From the NCBI GenBank assembly GCA_000146465.1, contig CP001944.1: a stretch of DNA of 64,000 nucleotides, one strand, 5' to 3'. The number at the start of each line of letters is the position of its first letter. Positions within the stretch are counted from its first letter, which is position 1. The translations under genes and the position numbers were made by a program. Shown piece by piece: positions 9,346 through 19,558 of this stretch. The notes beneath the pieces are model-generated. The model ran no database searches, was not told where the DNA came from, and worked only from the letters and a program-made list of their open reading frames with translations.

Positions 9346-12300
9346 ATGAGGTTGAAAGATGCTGCAAAAGCCCACATAGAGGCTTATGATGCAATATTCG
9401 AGGAACACATACTTGACAACCTTGTGGCGAACATTCCGCCCCTAATTAGAGGGAAAACAAAGATAGTGGTTGAAGATATTCATATCTACCCACCATTCCT
9501 GAGCGACAAAGACCATATATCTGTAGATAGGAGGTTGTTTCCCTGGGAGTGCCGAGAGAGAGGACTGACATATAAAGGGAAGATTATTATTCGGATTTCA
9601 TTGTTCCATGACAACAAGCACATCATGACCGAGGACAAGTTAGCAGGATACTTTCCCATTATGGTCCGATCATCTCTATGCCACTTAAGGAATGCTAAGA
9701 ATATGAACAAGGTTGGAGAGGACGAAGACGAGGTTGGAGGATATTTTATAATCAACGGATTTGATAAATTCATTAGGTTTACCATTACACAAAAGAGAAA
9801 CCATATATTCGCATTCAAGACGCGGAAAAGAGAAAGTTTCTTTACAGGTTACGGAGTATCTATGAGATGTGTAGGAAAAGACGAAATTGGGCACATGAAT
9901 AATTTGTATTACTGCACAGATGGAAATGTGGTTCTCAAGATGTACTATAGAAGATCGGAATTTTTTTTCCCACTAGTTCTCATTTTAAGGGCTTTAGTTA
10001 ATACAACAGATGAAGAGCTGTACGAAGCCTTAGGACAAGGAGAAAGGGCCATCCACCTCCTCAAATGCTTTGCAGAGTACAATGTTTTTTCAAGAAAAGA
10101 GTGTTTAGATTACATTGGGTCTCGTTTTTCATCTATGGCCAACTTCGGATCGAAGATTGAGGTAGCTGAGGAGATTTTAAGTAAGTACATTGCTTCTCAT
10201 CTTTCATCACATCTTGACAAGTTCAACTTCCTAATACTTGCAGCTAAAAAGCTGTTTTCCTTTGTGAACAACGAAATAGCAGAAGAAGACTTTGATTCCT
10301 CTGGAAATCACGAGCTCCATACGACAACACAAATCTTATCTTCTCTTCTACGGGACAAGATAGAAGAGTTCATGCGGTCTCTTCCTATTGCATATAAGAA
10401 AGCATATTTAAAAAGCGAAGGGGAGAAAAGAAGATTGGAAGAAGACTCCGACTCGGAGGTTGTAGATGGAATCTACGAAGATAAACTGGATATATTAAAG
10501 ATCAAGGAGATATTCAAGAAAGCAGTCATGAACATTGGGCAGAAAGTAGAGCTTTTCCTATCTTCAGGGAACATATTTTTGTCCTGTTGTTCAGACATTC
10601 TTCAAACCACAGGGCTTTCGATCACCCTTGAAAGAACCAATTTCTACAGATACTTCGGTAACTTGCGTAGCATCAACAGAGGGACACATATTCCCTCATT
10701 GGTGACAAGAATCCGCAAACTTAGGCCTGAGTCTTGGGGATTTATTTGCCCAGTTCATACTCCTGACGGGGCATGCTGTGGGGTTCTTCTGCACATGGCC
10801 AAGGGGGCAGATATAGTCTCCAGGGCAAATGATTTTGACACAGAGATTCTCTTTGAGCTTGGTGTTGTTCCAACTATCCGAGGCGTTAGAATGGAAGTTC
10901 CTGTTCTTGTAGATGGAAAAGTGATTGGGTCAACTTCATCCCCACAGTTTCTTGTTCGGATGCTAAGAGAGTATAAGGTCAAGAACAGACTAAAAATAGA
11001 GATTGTATACAGCGAAGGGACCAAGGTATTTTCTTCTGTCTGTATTTTCAGCTCGATGGGCAGATTTATCAGAAAAGTCATGAACCAGAGGCTGGGGTCT
11101 GAGGAATGGGTTGGAATAATGGAGCAGGTTTCTTTAAACATAGATTTAGAAAGGGGAGAGGGGGATTACCATGAGATAGACAAGTCCAACATATTAGGAA
11201 TAATAGCAGGTTTGACTCCATATTCCGAACACAATCAAAGTCCTAGAAATATGTACCAGTGCCAAATGGCTAAGCAAGCAATGGGATTTTCGGCATACAA
11301 TATGAAGACAAGGATAGACCACACCATGTACAATATAAATTATCTCCAATCTCCCTTGGTCAGAACAAAGGGATATGACATGGTCAAGGATTATCCTCTG
11401 GGAATCAATTGCATGGTGGCGGTTCTCTCATATACAGCATACGACATGGAGGATGCACTTGTGATCAACAAGAGCAGCATCGAAAGAGGGTTGTTTACAG
11501 GATTGATTTATAAAACAGAAAGAATAGTGTTGAACAAAGGTTATTCCTTTTTGTATCTTCCGTCTGTCGGAGAAAAAATACAGAAGGATTCGATTCTATA
11601 CAAATATGTTGATTTGGAAGATAGAGAGTACCAGACAAGATACTTGGAGACCGAAGATGGGGTAATTGATTCTGTTCGAGTATTTGAAAGTGATGCAGGA
11701 GAAAGATGTGCTTTACTGACCATAAGAATGGTCCGAAACCCTACTATTGGAGATAAGTTCAGCTCAAGGCATGGGCAGAAGGGTGTTTGCTCGGTACATT
11801 GGCCAAGCATAGACATGCCGTTTACGGAGTCTGGATATGTCCCGGACATCATAATCAATCCCCATGCATTTCCAAGCCGAATGACTATTGGAATGCTGAT
11901 GGAATCTATTGCAGGGAAGGTTGGATGCCTAAGCGGGAATACCCAGGACGGAACGGCATTTGAAAAGAATCTCTCCCAAGGAGAAGATGAAGAAACGGTT
12001 GGAAGAAAGGAATATATATGCTCTGAGCTCCAGAAGTATGGTTTCAACTACTATGGAAATGAACCGATGTATAGCGGAGTATCTGGAAATGAGTTCCGCG
12101 TTGATGTATTTGTAGGAGTTGTTTATTACCAAAGGTTGAAGCACATGGTGGGAGACAAGTTCCAGGTACGTACAAAGGGGGCGATTGTTTCTACAACTCG
12201 ACAACCAGTTGGAGGGAGAAAGAGGCAAGGAGGAATCCGCTTTGGAGAGATGGAACGGGACACTTTGATTTCGCATGGGGCTTCGCATCTCTTACAAGAT

Positions 12301-12489
12301 AGGCTCCTCAAGTGCAGCGACGGAACAACTTTTGAGTACTGCGGGGCTTGCAAGAGTATACTCTTTACAAGCAGTGGGGATTGTATTTGCGGGAGTAGTG
12401 ATATTCGGATAGTTGAGATGCCATATGTCTTCAAGTACCTGTGTTACGAGTTACTTGCAATGAATATAAGAGTCAAGCTTGATCTATGA
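9346..12489 (+). CDS. RPA2: DNA-directed RNA polymerase I second-largest subunit (A135/RPA2)
   Basis: 1047 aa. 'DEVGGYFIINGFDKFIRFTITQKRNH' and 'GDKFSSRHGQKGVCS' match the Rpb2 family, with the best match to yeast A135 ('[26 protein letters not shown]'). C-terminal zinc ribbon 'CGACKS...CICG'. ATG preceded by 'atccctagagaATG'. Confidence 0.85.
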   Translation: MRLKDAAKAHIEAYDAIFEEHILDNLVANIPPLIRGKTKIVVEDIHIYPPFLSDKDHISVDRRLFPWECRERGLTYKGKIIIRISLFHDNKHIMTEDKLAGYFPIMVRSSLCHLRNAKNMNKVGEDEDEVGGYFIINGFDKFIRFTITQKRNHIFAFKTRKRESFFTGYGVSMRCVGKDEIGHMNNLYYCTDGNVVLKMYYRRSEFFFPLVLILRALVNTTDEELYEALGQGERAIHLLKCFAEYNVFSRKECLDYIGSRFSSMANFGSKIEVAEEILSKYIASHLSSHLDKFNFLILAAKKLFSFVNNEIAEEDFDSSGNHELHTTTQILSSLLRDKIEEFMRSLPIAYKKAYLKSEGEKRRLEEDSDSEVVDGIYEDKLDILKIKEIFKKAVMNIGQKVELFLSSGNIFLSCCSDILQTTGLSITLERTNFYRYFGNLRSINRGTHIPSLVTRIRKLRPESWGFICPVHTPDGACCGVLLHMAKGADIVSRANDFDTEILFELGVVPTIRGVRMEVPVLVDGKVIGSTSSPQFLVRMLREYKVKNRLKIEIVYSEGTKVFSSVCIFSSMGRFIRKVMNQRLGSEEWVGIMEQVSLNIDLERGEGDYHEIDKSNILGIIAGLTPYSEHNQSPRNMYQCQMAKQAMGFSAYNMKTRIDHTMYNINYLQSPLVRTKGYDMVKDYPLGINCMVAVLSYTAYDMEDALVINKSSIERGLFTGLIYKTERIVLNKGYSFLYLPSVGEKIQKDSILYKYVDLEDREYQTRYLETEDGVIDSVRVFESDAGERCALLTIRMVRNPTIGDKFSSRHGQKGVCSVHWPSIDMPFTESGYVPDIIINPHAFPSRMTIGMLMESIAGKVGCLSGNTQDGTAFEKNLSQGEDEETVGRKEYICSELQKYGFNYYGNEPMYSGVSGNEFRVDVFVGVVYYQRLKHMVGDKFQVRTKGAIVSTTRQPVGGRKRQGGIRFGEMERDTLISHGASHLLQDRLLKCSDGTTFEYCGACKSILFTSSGDCICGSSDIRIVEMPYVFKYLCYELLAMNIRVKLDL

Positions 12490-12540
12490 ATAATTAAATG
12501 GGATTTTGAGCTTAATATTCTGTAGTCTTTTCCCCAGTTG

Positions 12541-12849
12541 ATGAGAAGGACAAAAAAGAACAACGCAAGAGATGGAAACTCTCTTCAGGACAGGCCTAAG
12601 AAGAAAGAAGGCCAAGCCGGGCTTGAGGACGATATTGAAGCAATATTTTCCTCTGTTGGCTCTTCAGAAGCACACAAGTTGAAGGAAAGAAAAGAAGATT
12701 CGGAGTCCGATGAAGAGAAGTATTTTTCTGTTGGAAAGAATGGCAGAAGATACCATGAGGGTCTTCCGATCTATACGCCCGAGGAACTTCATCTTGGAAA
12801 TGGAGGGGACACGGAGGATTGCCCGATATATTGCGACTGCTGTATGTAA
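12541..12849 (+). CDS. small conserved eukaryotic protein, Lys-rich N-terminus and C-terminal 'GG(D/N)TxxCP(I/F)(Y/D)CDCC' motif (DUF1764-like)
   Basis: 102 aa from the first ATG (the track start is TTG). Charged, low-complexity N-terminus; 'DDIEAIF'; the C-terminus ends in 'CPIYCDCCM'. The family recall is from memory and not verified. Confidence 0.4.
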   Translation: MRRTKKNNARDGNSLQDRPKKKEGQAGLEDDIEAIFSSVGSSEAHKLKERKEDSESDEEKYFSVGKNGRRYHEGLPIYTPEELHLGNGGDTEDCPIYCDCCM

Positions 12850-12938
12850 GGCTTTGGGAGATTCTGAAGCTACACTCGGCAAGTCCTCTGGCTTCTACCC
12901 GGGAGTACTTTGACAAAAATATTCAATGTAGACACCCA

Positions 12939-13514
12939 ATGTACTTCAGTAGAATTGTCCGAAAGATAAAAAAAGAAAGAAGCCAACTCCGGGTGCTTGT
13001 GCTTGGCTTGGATAATGCAGGAAAGACCACTGTCCTACACAAACTCCTTGGAAAAGCGATAGAACATGTGCAACCAACCTTTGGGTATCAGATCTACGAT
13101 GTTACCTATAAGACGCTTAGCCTGATAATTCTTGATGTAGGTGGGCAGTCAATGTTTGTGGAGTATTGGTCGAGCTACTACGAAGACGTGGACGGAGTTG
13201 TGTTTGTGTTTGATTCAAGCGACCGGCGATCTTTTATCGAGCATGTAGGGCATATTAAGTCTACTCTTGTAGACACGCCTATGTTGATATTGGCCAATAA
13301 ATCGGATCTCAATCCTACATTTGATCCCAGGTCATTTGGAAACGACTTCTGTGAGTTTCTTGAAAAAAACGATGTTAAACTTTCGAAATGCTGTGGATTA
13401 TCTGGAGATGGACTAGAGGAGGGGTTTGACTGGATGATAGGCAGAGCAATGAAAGGGCTAATGGTGGACGAAGAAGAGGAAAAGAAAATGGAGCAGGAGA
13501 AGATATTTGGGTAG
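12939..13514 (+). CDS. ARL2: ARF-like small GTPase ARL2
   Basis: '[20 protein letters not shown]' (P-loop), 'DVGGQ', 'NKSDL'. Close alignment to ARL2 ('[20 protein letters not shown]'). Start at the internal ATG preceded by 'acacccaATG'; the track N-terminus overlaps the previous gene. Confidence 0.85.
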   Translation: [191 protein letters not shown]

Positions 13515-13527
13515 ATTGTAATGAAGA

Positions 13528-14100
13528 ATGTTTATCCCTCCGATGAAAAGGCGGAAGGGATCGAGCTTGGGAAGTATGCACACTGTGTCTGAGATAAGAA
13601 AACATAAGAGAGAAAGAAACAGAAAGCTTCTTCTGGAGATATATGGACTGGAGAAAGATCCAAATTTAACCAAGGATGCAAGGGGAAGGTATGTCTGTGC
13701 ACTTTGTAAGACTAAGCATCTGACAGAGATGAGTTATGTAAAGCATAGAGAAGGAAAGAAGCACAGAGAAGTACTTTCGAGAAAAGAAGAGACCACTCGC
13801 ATTATTCCTTCTTTTAGTATACGGAATCTAGTGAGGGAAGGGAAAAAAGGATACGGCATTGCTGTTGACTACAAGCTTGCTGAGGAAATGCCACAGCATC
13901 GCTTTGTAAGCAGTCTAGAACAAGGTGTGGAGGAGTATGACGAGTGTTTTGGATACCTCGTATTTGTGTGCCAGCCTTACGAGAACATCGGATTCAAATT
14001 CGAAAACAGGGAGATTGACAGAACCTCCATCTATGAAGACATTGATGAGGAGACGGGAGCATACATGTTTCACTTCTTCTTTCAAAAGACTCATGATTGA
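13528..14100 (+). CDS. SF3A2: splicing factor 3a subunit 2 (SF3A2/Prp11)
   Basis: Matrin-type C2H2 finger 'YVCALCKTKHLTEMSYVKHREGKKH'. 'MPQHRFVSSLEQ...CQPYENIGFKFENREID' aligns with SF3A2 ('MPRHRFMSAYEQ...EPYETIAFKVPSREIDK'). Only 13 nt separate it from the upstream ARL2 stop. Confidence 0.85.
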   Translation: MFIPPMKRRKGSSLGSMHTVSEIRKHKRERNRKLLLEIYGLEKDPNLTKDARGRYVCALCKTKHLTEMSYVKHREGKKHREVLSRKEETTRIIPSFSIRNLVREGKKGYGIAVDYKLAEEMPQHRFVSSLEQGVEEYDECFGYLVFVCQPYENIGFKFENREIDRTSIYEDIDEETGAYMFHFFFQKTHD

Positions 14101-14144
14101 TGAAGGCCTATGGATTTTTACGTTCTACTTTTTAATCCCAAGAG

Positions 14145-14459
14145 ATGTTATTTTGCCCTCTGTGTTCAAGCATGCTGGTTGTTAAAAGACAGCCTGCGGG
14201 GAATGAGCTGTCTTGCATCATGTGTGGGTATTTGTATGGCATATCCAAGGAAATGTCCAAGACTATCGCCATGACGCCAAAGAAAAGCGATGGGTTTGTT
14301 GACGAGGATGAGAACTTGAAGTTTGTGTCCAAGTGTGGGAAGAAATGCGAGTGTGGTTCTGAAGAGGTTTCTTTTGTAGAGCTTCAGACGCGTAGCGCAG
14401 ATGAGCCCATGACGATATTCTATAAGTGCATAAGATGTAAGAAGGTTTGGAAAGAATGA
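14145..14459 (+). CDS. RPC11: RNA polymerase small zinc-ribbon subunit, C11/A12.2 family (probably Pol III RPC11)
   Basis: N-terminal ribbon 'FCPLCSSML...CIMCGY'. C-terminal TFIIS-type ribbon with the acidic hairpin 'LQTRSADEPMTIFYKCIRC'. 104 aa. Confidence 0.75.
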   Translation: MLFCPLCSSMLVVKRQPAGNELSCIMCGYLYGISKEMSKTIAMTPKKSDGFVDEDENLKFVSKCGKKCECGSEEVSFVELQTRSADEPMTIFYKCIRCKKVWKE

Positions 14460-14563
14460 AAAACTATAGAGATAGCTCACCAACAGAATAAACCGTATTT
14501 ATCTAGTGTATTTTCTATTGGCAGGAATTTATCAGAAGTTGGCTTGGGATTCTTTGGCCTATA

Positions 14564-15628
14564 CTATTCTTCCTCTTCTCTATGCATTTCAATTTCTGAA
14601 AAGGCAAAGAAGATCTCTCCCTCTTCATTGTTATCTCCGTCCTCTTCATACACAATCCTATCTGAAGGCCAATTCTTGGCTATGGTTATCCACTGGCTTA
14701 GAATGTTTGACTTTTCTCCGCTTGTTACAAAGAACATGTATTCTGTGGGAAGTCCATATCTATAAACCGATTCCACGAAAAGCTTCAGGAGTTTGACATG
14801 GACCAGTATCTTGAGAACCTCTTTTAGATTGATTTGCAAAAACGTAGTCAGAAGTCTTTCAACAGCCGAAAACCTCTCTTCAGCCTTTCTTCTCTTTGTA
14901 ATCATCTCCTCGGAGGAAATCATATTGTCGTCGAGATCTTTTATCAGAAATCCCTCAGAGTGCATCATATTTCTTACTTCTTCCTCGCCCTGATGCAGGA
15001 TGTAAATCTTAAAGAGATTATGGTCTTCATCACTGTTTATCTTCTCCACAGCATCTCCCGATATGTGTGGCGAATCCTCCACAACTCTGTTGAACTCGGA
15101 GCTTTTACTCTTCTGAACAACCACATATAAAACTTTGAGGAATTCATACTTCTCTGCCTTTCCAACTATTATGTTAAGATTGATGTCGCATAAACTCCCT
15201 CTTGTAAGTTTTTGAAGCTTCTCACATTCCTTCCTTGCATCTCCAAACTCCTCAACCTTCTCTTCATATGCCTTGTAAACTCTTCCATACTCTCCATCCA
15301 GTAACAAAATTGCTTTGTCAATCGAGTTGGTTGGAAAGTTCTGATTGTCCCATCTGAGAAAATTCCCCGCATTCTCAATGCTATCGCATTCAACTTCCTT
15401 TGCAATCCTACATGTTCTGGAATATCCCATGAATGTTTTGAAAAGACCTTCGCACGACTTTTCTAGCAAATTTAATCTCTCTACCTGATTTACTATCCCT
15501 TCCAGGGACACTCCTGTGAAGGATGGAAGAGATATTCTACTGCAATTAACTCCGTAGTCCTCTTGGATTAGATCTTCTGTTGGTTGGGGTACATCCTCCT
15601 CCACCGGGAGTCCTACAAGAACAAACAT
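14564..15628 (-). CDS. VMA5: V-type H+-ATPase subunit C (Vma5-like)
   Basis: 'VLKILVHVKLLKLFVESVYRYGLPTEYMFFVTSGEKSN' aligns with Vma5 '[38 protein letters not shown]'. 354 aa. ATG preceded by 'caccccgATG'. Confidence 0.7.
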   Translation of the reverse strand: MFVLVGLPVEEDVPQPTEDLIQEDYGVNCSRISLPSFTGVSLEGIVNQVERLNLLEKSCEGLFKTFMGYSRTCRIAKEVECDSIENAGNFLRWDNQNFPTNSIDKAILLLDGEYGRVYKAYEEKVEEFGDARKECEKLQKLTRGSLCDINLNIIVGKAEKYEFLKVLYVVVQKSKSSEFNRVVEDSPHISGDAVEKINSDEDHNLFKIYILHQGEEEVRNMMHSEGFLIKDLDDNMISSEEMITKRRKAEERFSAVERLLTTFLQINLKEVLKILVHVKLLKLFVESVYRYGLPTEYMFFVTSGEKSNILSQWITIAKNWPSDRIVYEEDGDNNEEGEIFFAFSEIEMHREEEE

Positions 15629-15776
15629 CGGGGTGTTAGATTTTGTGGTTTAAGTGGGACTGCTTACATGTAAGATTTGTGATTTGAAGGATCTGGTAAA
15701 TGATTGCCATTTTGGATTGCATCATGGCGTTTCATTGACGCCAAATAAATAAAGCTGTGAAACCCTGTGTAAATAA

Positions 15777-18700
15777 ATGTATCTCCACAGATCAGAGTTG
15801 GAGGCTGGTATTGAAAAGCTCATGAAGACAATGGAGGACCACGAGGTTTTGGAGAGATGCAGGAAGTCACTGAGAGAGATGGATAAGATTGAAGAAGAAA
15901 ACATAAAAGACTTCATTAGAGAAACACGAGATATTGTCGATGCTTTTGTGAAGGGATTGAGAATCAAGAAGCAGGTTCCGATTTTTGTTATTGATTTCAT
16001 ATACACATTTCTTGTCAACGATCTTCTCATCTCAAGTGACATCAAGGAGATTATTAGTGTTATTTCTGAGGGGAATTGGTGCGAAGTATCGAAGATGAAG
16101 ATACTCCAGATGAGCTACTACATTATAAGATATGAAAGCTTCAAGGAGGACCTTGCACTGTCCTTGTTTAAAAGCATAGTGAGAATGATTGATGACAGAA
16201 GCAGACAGGTACAGACAACTGCTAAGCCCATAGCGATGCATTTAGTGGATGTTGTTTTCAGCAGGGCATGTCCAGTCTTCAAGGAAGAGGTTCAGAGCGA
16301 GGAAGGGGAACCTGAGTCTACGGCTGTTTGCCCTGACGTCCTTGAAGGGAACAGGCCTGGGTCTGAAAGACTGCTTGTGAGAGGTGGTTTCCAATTCTCT
16401 AATTCAATCAATGATGGAATTACATTCCTTAAGCATCTTCTGGAGAATGGGAATACCTCGAAGGAAATGAATCACTTTATGGTTGATGCAGTACTTCTAA
16501 TAACCCGTAAAAGCGATCTTTTTGAATATGAGGAGTTCAGGAAGATATATGATTCTGAAGTGATGGCTATGCTGATGGAGTTGATAAAAAGGAGATGCTC
16601 TTCCAGGGGGAATGTCTATAAGGTACTTGCAAGATTAGTTGAGAGACATAACTGTCTGTTCGAAAAGCAGATCCTTGCAGTGTTTGATGAAATGGAGAAA
16701 TCTTATAGTCTACTTGACGACTTGGAGACTGAGATGTTTTTGGACTTCTTCGGGAGTTTGGACATCTTGTTGTTTGAAGGCTACTCCTCAACTATAAGAA
16801 GAATGTTTTTCAACATTCTTGAAAATGCATCGTTTGATGATGAATTTGGAAATGAGTATGTAATCGATACCATTAGAAACTCATTAAATGGCCAACTGAA
16901 GGCTCAGGAGAAGACAAGTGGTAAGTTTCATTCCTCAACAAAGGCTTTCTTTGGTAAGTTTTCGGAAATCTTATATGCAAAACTGTCTGATATCGATAAC
17001 GTACATCCCAAGGTGGAGTGTCTGCTGGAGATTGTCCTTTGGTTCTATTCTGTTTCTGGTAACAAGGAGTTTCTGGACAGGTTTATGGTTCTGGGGTGCA
17101 AGCTAGGGTTTACAGATGTTGTATGTAGAAATGCCATTGAGAACAGAAAGCATATACAGGACTCCTGGTGGATTGTTCTTGAGAACGGTAAGGACCATCT
17201 TGGAAAGATCATAGAATCTATCTGTATCTTTGATGCCGAGGAGATCTTTTTTCTAATCAAAGGTATAGAGCAACCCGAGCCTTCTTGTACATGGACCTCG
17301 AAGGAGAGAGTGGACTTTCTCTTGTCTGTGTTTAATATTATCAAGCCTGTTGTAGTAGAGCCGCTGAACATAAAGATATTTGAGATGATTCTCGGAGGGA
17401 TACTAAGGGAGAGTGGAAGCGAAGAGGGGTATCCGACCAAGGTATTCTGTTCTATTCTCATGGATTATGTTGGGCATTTAGAGGCACTAACGCCTGATGT
17501 CGAAAGCGTTATTTTTGTCCTCCTGCAGAAGATGCTTGGAAAAGATCTGGAAAGGAACGGATTGGAAATTTTGGAAACCTTGTCTTTTGTCCTTCGAACC
17601 ATGACGCCTGAGAGCTGTTGGGACACAATTCTCCAATGCATCGAGTGTTCATGTATTCCCTGCCTGTATTCCTCCTTGTACCCCATTATTCGATGGATTA
17701 TAGAGGGATGCGGGCATCTCATAAGTAACGAGCATTTTGGAGTGCTTATAGATTGTCTGTATTCGATGTGCCTGTCGCCGAGCAGCGAAATAAGCTTAAA
17801 GGCAATATTTATCTTCCAGGATATTGGGGAGAGCCTAATGAGTAGGAGGGCTTTTGATCGATCTCCCAAGGGGAAGGAAGAGAAGAACAGAGACATGAAT
17901 CCAGCGTGGGCCAAATACATAAAGGTATTGGGGGAGATGACAAACGATGGAAGACATATGGTGTGTGAAACGGCCATTAAGTATCTGGTTATGTTCCTTG
18001 AGGCAGAGTGTGAGGTAATGAACTCCGAAGAGCTTGACTTTGCAGCAAATAATGGCCTTATTCCTGTTTTGGAGAAGGGAAGGGAGTTTGCCAAAGGCCG
18101 GGATTCAGAAGCCCATTGTACTTTGATGCTGATAATGGATGAATGTAGCAGAACGATTGGAAAGATGAATTACCATGAGGAGTTGTATGGAAAGTTTCTT
18201 GAGCTTGTTGCAGATAGCCTGTGCAACACAGACTCTTCGGAGATACAAAATATGTGTATTGAGAGTCTAAAGATGATGACAAACAGGATTTCAGGGACAA
18301 GGGATGAAGGAAAGAGTATATGCCAGGAAGGAAGCGAGCATAGCCCGGAAGATATGGGATTTAAGGCAGGGATTGGAGAAAGAAAGTCTCTCCAGCCCCT
18401 TCAAAGGCTAAGGGACCTGGTTTTGAACACATACAAGTTGATCTTTTCCAGTATTCCTGTAAACGAAGGATATTCTACTAGTGTGTGTCTTGACATGATA
18501 GACTCGGTCAAAGGATTTGGATTCAAAAGCTCTGAGCGTCGCTCTCTGATTCCTTTGCTTCGAAAGTTTGTCCACAGCGATTGCCAGACGCTTCAAGAGA
18601 AGATTCTGAATATGGTTGGGGAATGGCCAGCGGAAGATGGAGGACTTGACATGCAACTTGAAGCTTACAACGACTGGATCGAATTCAAGGATATCCGCCT

Positions 18701-19496
18701 GTCTAGGATGCTTATTGAAAGAATAGGAAGGATTCTATCCAAGGATTTGGAGGATACGCGGTACTCGGAAGCAGCAATGGATTTGGTTGAATACAGCAAG
18801 GAAAAGGCCTTCTGGGAAGACGTTGTTAGAGCGTTTATGAAGGGGTCTGAAAACATAAAAACCAGAGCCTCATTTATATCGTTTATAAATGGATGTAGGG
18901 TGATTCTAAAGGAGGCACCGAAAGTGAAAGCCCTCCAATGCTCACCGGAAACAGAGGGATGTAGCGGGCTAGGGGAAGAGGCGTCGGAGAGCATGGCAAA
19001 GGCTATAAAGAAAAGAGAGCGAATCATTCTTGAGTTCCTAGCCTTTTACCATGAGGTTCTGAGTAAGTTTGCTCCAAACACCAAAAGGTTGGATAGCCAT
19101 TCCATGCAGCCTTTTGACCAAACAACAGAATCGGATGTTAGAGAAGGATATAAGGTGATTTTTGAGATGAGCGAGCTCGGATCTGGACTTGGAAAAGAGA
19201 GTATTTCCTTCAAATGTTATGAAATACTATTCCATGACATTGAACTTATTTACAGCGATGTTGTTGAGAAGATCAGGAAGGTCCTAACGGAGTATAACGA
19301 GATGGAAATGATATACAATGGACTCTATTCCCGAGTAAAGCAGAGGGAAGTCTATACTCTGCTGGAGAAGATATGGAAGAGCGGAAATAAGAAGCTTGTA
19401 GATGATGTCAAGGATGTTCTTGTTGAGTCGCTCCGATCCAAGGACTACAGGGTTATCGATCATGTTCGAAAGTGTTTGGAAGTGATTCTTGTATGA
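15777..19496 (+). CDS. large (1239 aa) all-helical protein, likely HEAT/ARM-repeat scaffold; function not assigned
   Basis: Uninterrupted 3.7-kb ORF with a true ATG and an upstream CCC signal. Leucine-rich with amphipathic helical periodicity. No enzymatic motif found. Confidence 0.55.
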   Translation: MYLHRSELEAGIEKLMKTMEDHEVLERCRKSLREMDKIEEENIKDFIRETRDIVDAFVKGLRIKKQVPIFVIDFIYTFLVNDLLISSDIKEIISVISEGNWCEVSKMKILQMSYYIIRYESFKEDLALSLFKSIVRMIDDRSRQVQTTAKPIAMHLVDVVFSRACPVFKEEVQSEEGEPESTAVCPDVLEGNRPGSERLLVRGGFQFSNSINDGITFLKHLLENGNTSKEMNHFMVDAVLLITRKSDLFEYEEFRKIYDSEVMAMLMELIKRRCSSRGNVYKVLARLVERHNCLFEKQILAVFDEMEKSYSLLDDLETEMFLDFFGSLDILLFEGYSSTIRRMFFNILENASFDDEFGNEYVIDTIRNSLNGQLKAQEKTSGKFHSSTKAFFGKFSEILYAKLSDIDNVHPKVECLLEIVLWFYSVSGNKEFLDRFMVLGCKLGFTDVVCRNAIENRKHIQDSWWIVLENGKDHLGKIIESICIFDAEEIFFLIKGIEQPEPSCTWTSKERVDFLLSVFNIIKPVVVEPLNIKIFEMILGGILRESGSEEGYPTKVFCSILMDYVGHLEALTPDVESVIFVLLQKMLGKDLERNGLEILETLSFVLRTMTPESCWDTILQCIECSCIPCLYSSLYPIIRWIIEGCGHLISNEHFGVLIDCLYSMCLSPSSEISLKAIFIFQDIGESLMSRRAFDRSPKGKEEKNRDMNPAWAKYIKVLGEMTNDGRHMVCETAIKYLVMFLEAECEVMNSEELDFAANNGLIPVLEKGREFAKGRDSEAHCTLMLIMDECSRTIGKMNYHEELYGKFLELVADSLCNTDSSEIQNMCIESLKMMTNRISGTRDEGKSICQEGSEHSPEDMGFKAGIGERKSLQPLQRLRDLVLNTYKLIFSSIPVNEGYSTSVCLDMIDSVKGFGFKSSERRSLIPLLRKFVHSDCQTLQEKILNMVGEWPAEDGGLDMQLEAYNDWIEFKDIRLSRMLIERIGRILSKDLEDTRYSEAAMDLVEYSKEKAFWEDVVRAFMKGSENIKTRASFISFINGCRVILKEAPKVKALQCSPETEGCSGLGEEASESMAKAIKKRERIILEFLAFYHEVLSKFAPNTKRLDSHSMQPFDQTTESDVREGYKVIFEMSELGSGLGKESISFKCYEILFHDIELIYSDVVEKIRKVLTEYNEMEMIYNGLYSRVKQREVYTLLEKIWKSGNKKLVDDVKDVLVESLRSKDYRVIDHVRKCLEVILV

Positions 19497-19525
19497 GGAA
19501 TAAACATTAAAGATTACCACAGTCT

Positions 19526-19558
19526 TTTTCTAGAAAAAAACTGAGAAATCCGGAAAGA
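19526..19558 (+). promoter_or_regulatory. heat-shock-element-like inverted GAA/TTC repeats upstream of the Hsp70 gene
   Basis: 'tTTCtaGAAaaaaactgaGAAatccgGAAag' lies 35-65 nt upstream of the Hsp70 ATG (19593). Confidence 0.4.

Noticed and set aside
12596-12916. Minus-strand ORFs (106 aa and 72 aa) overlapping the 12541-12849 gene and the ARL2 5' end.
   Set aside because: They are antisense to better-supported plus-strand genes. No recognisable motifs and no start-signal context.
15690-15760. A hairpin ('ggcgtttcattgacgcc') upstream of the 15777 gene that superficially resembles a tRNA anticodon arm.
   Set aside because: There are no flanking acceptor, D or T arms, no GTTCGAATC-type T-loop, and position 37 is not a purine. 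It is not a tRNA.
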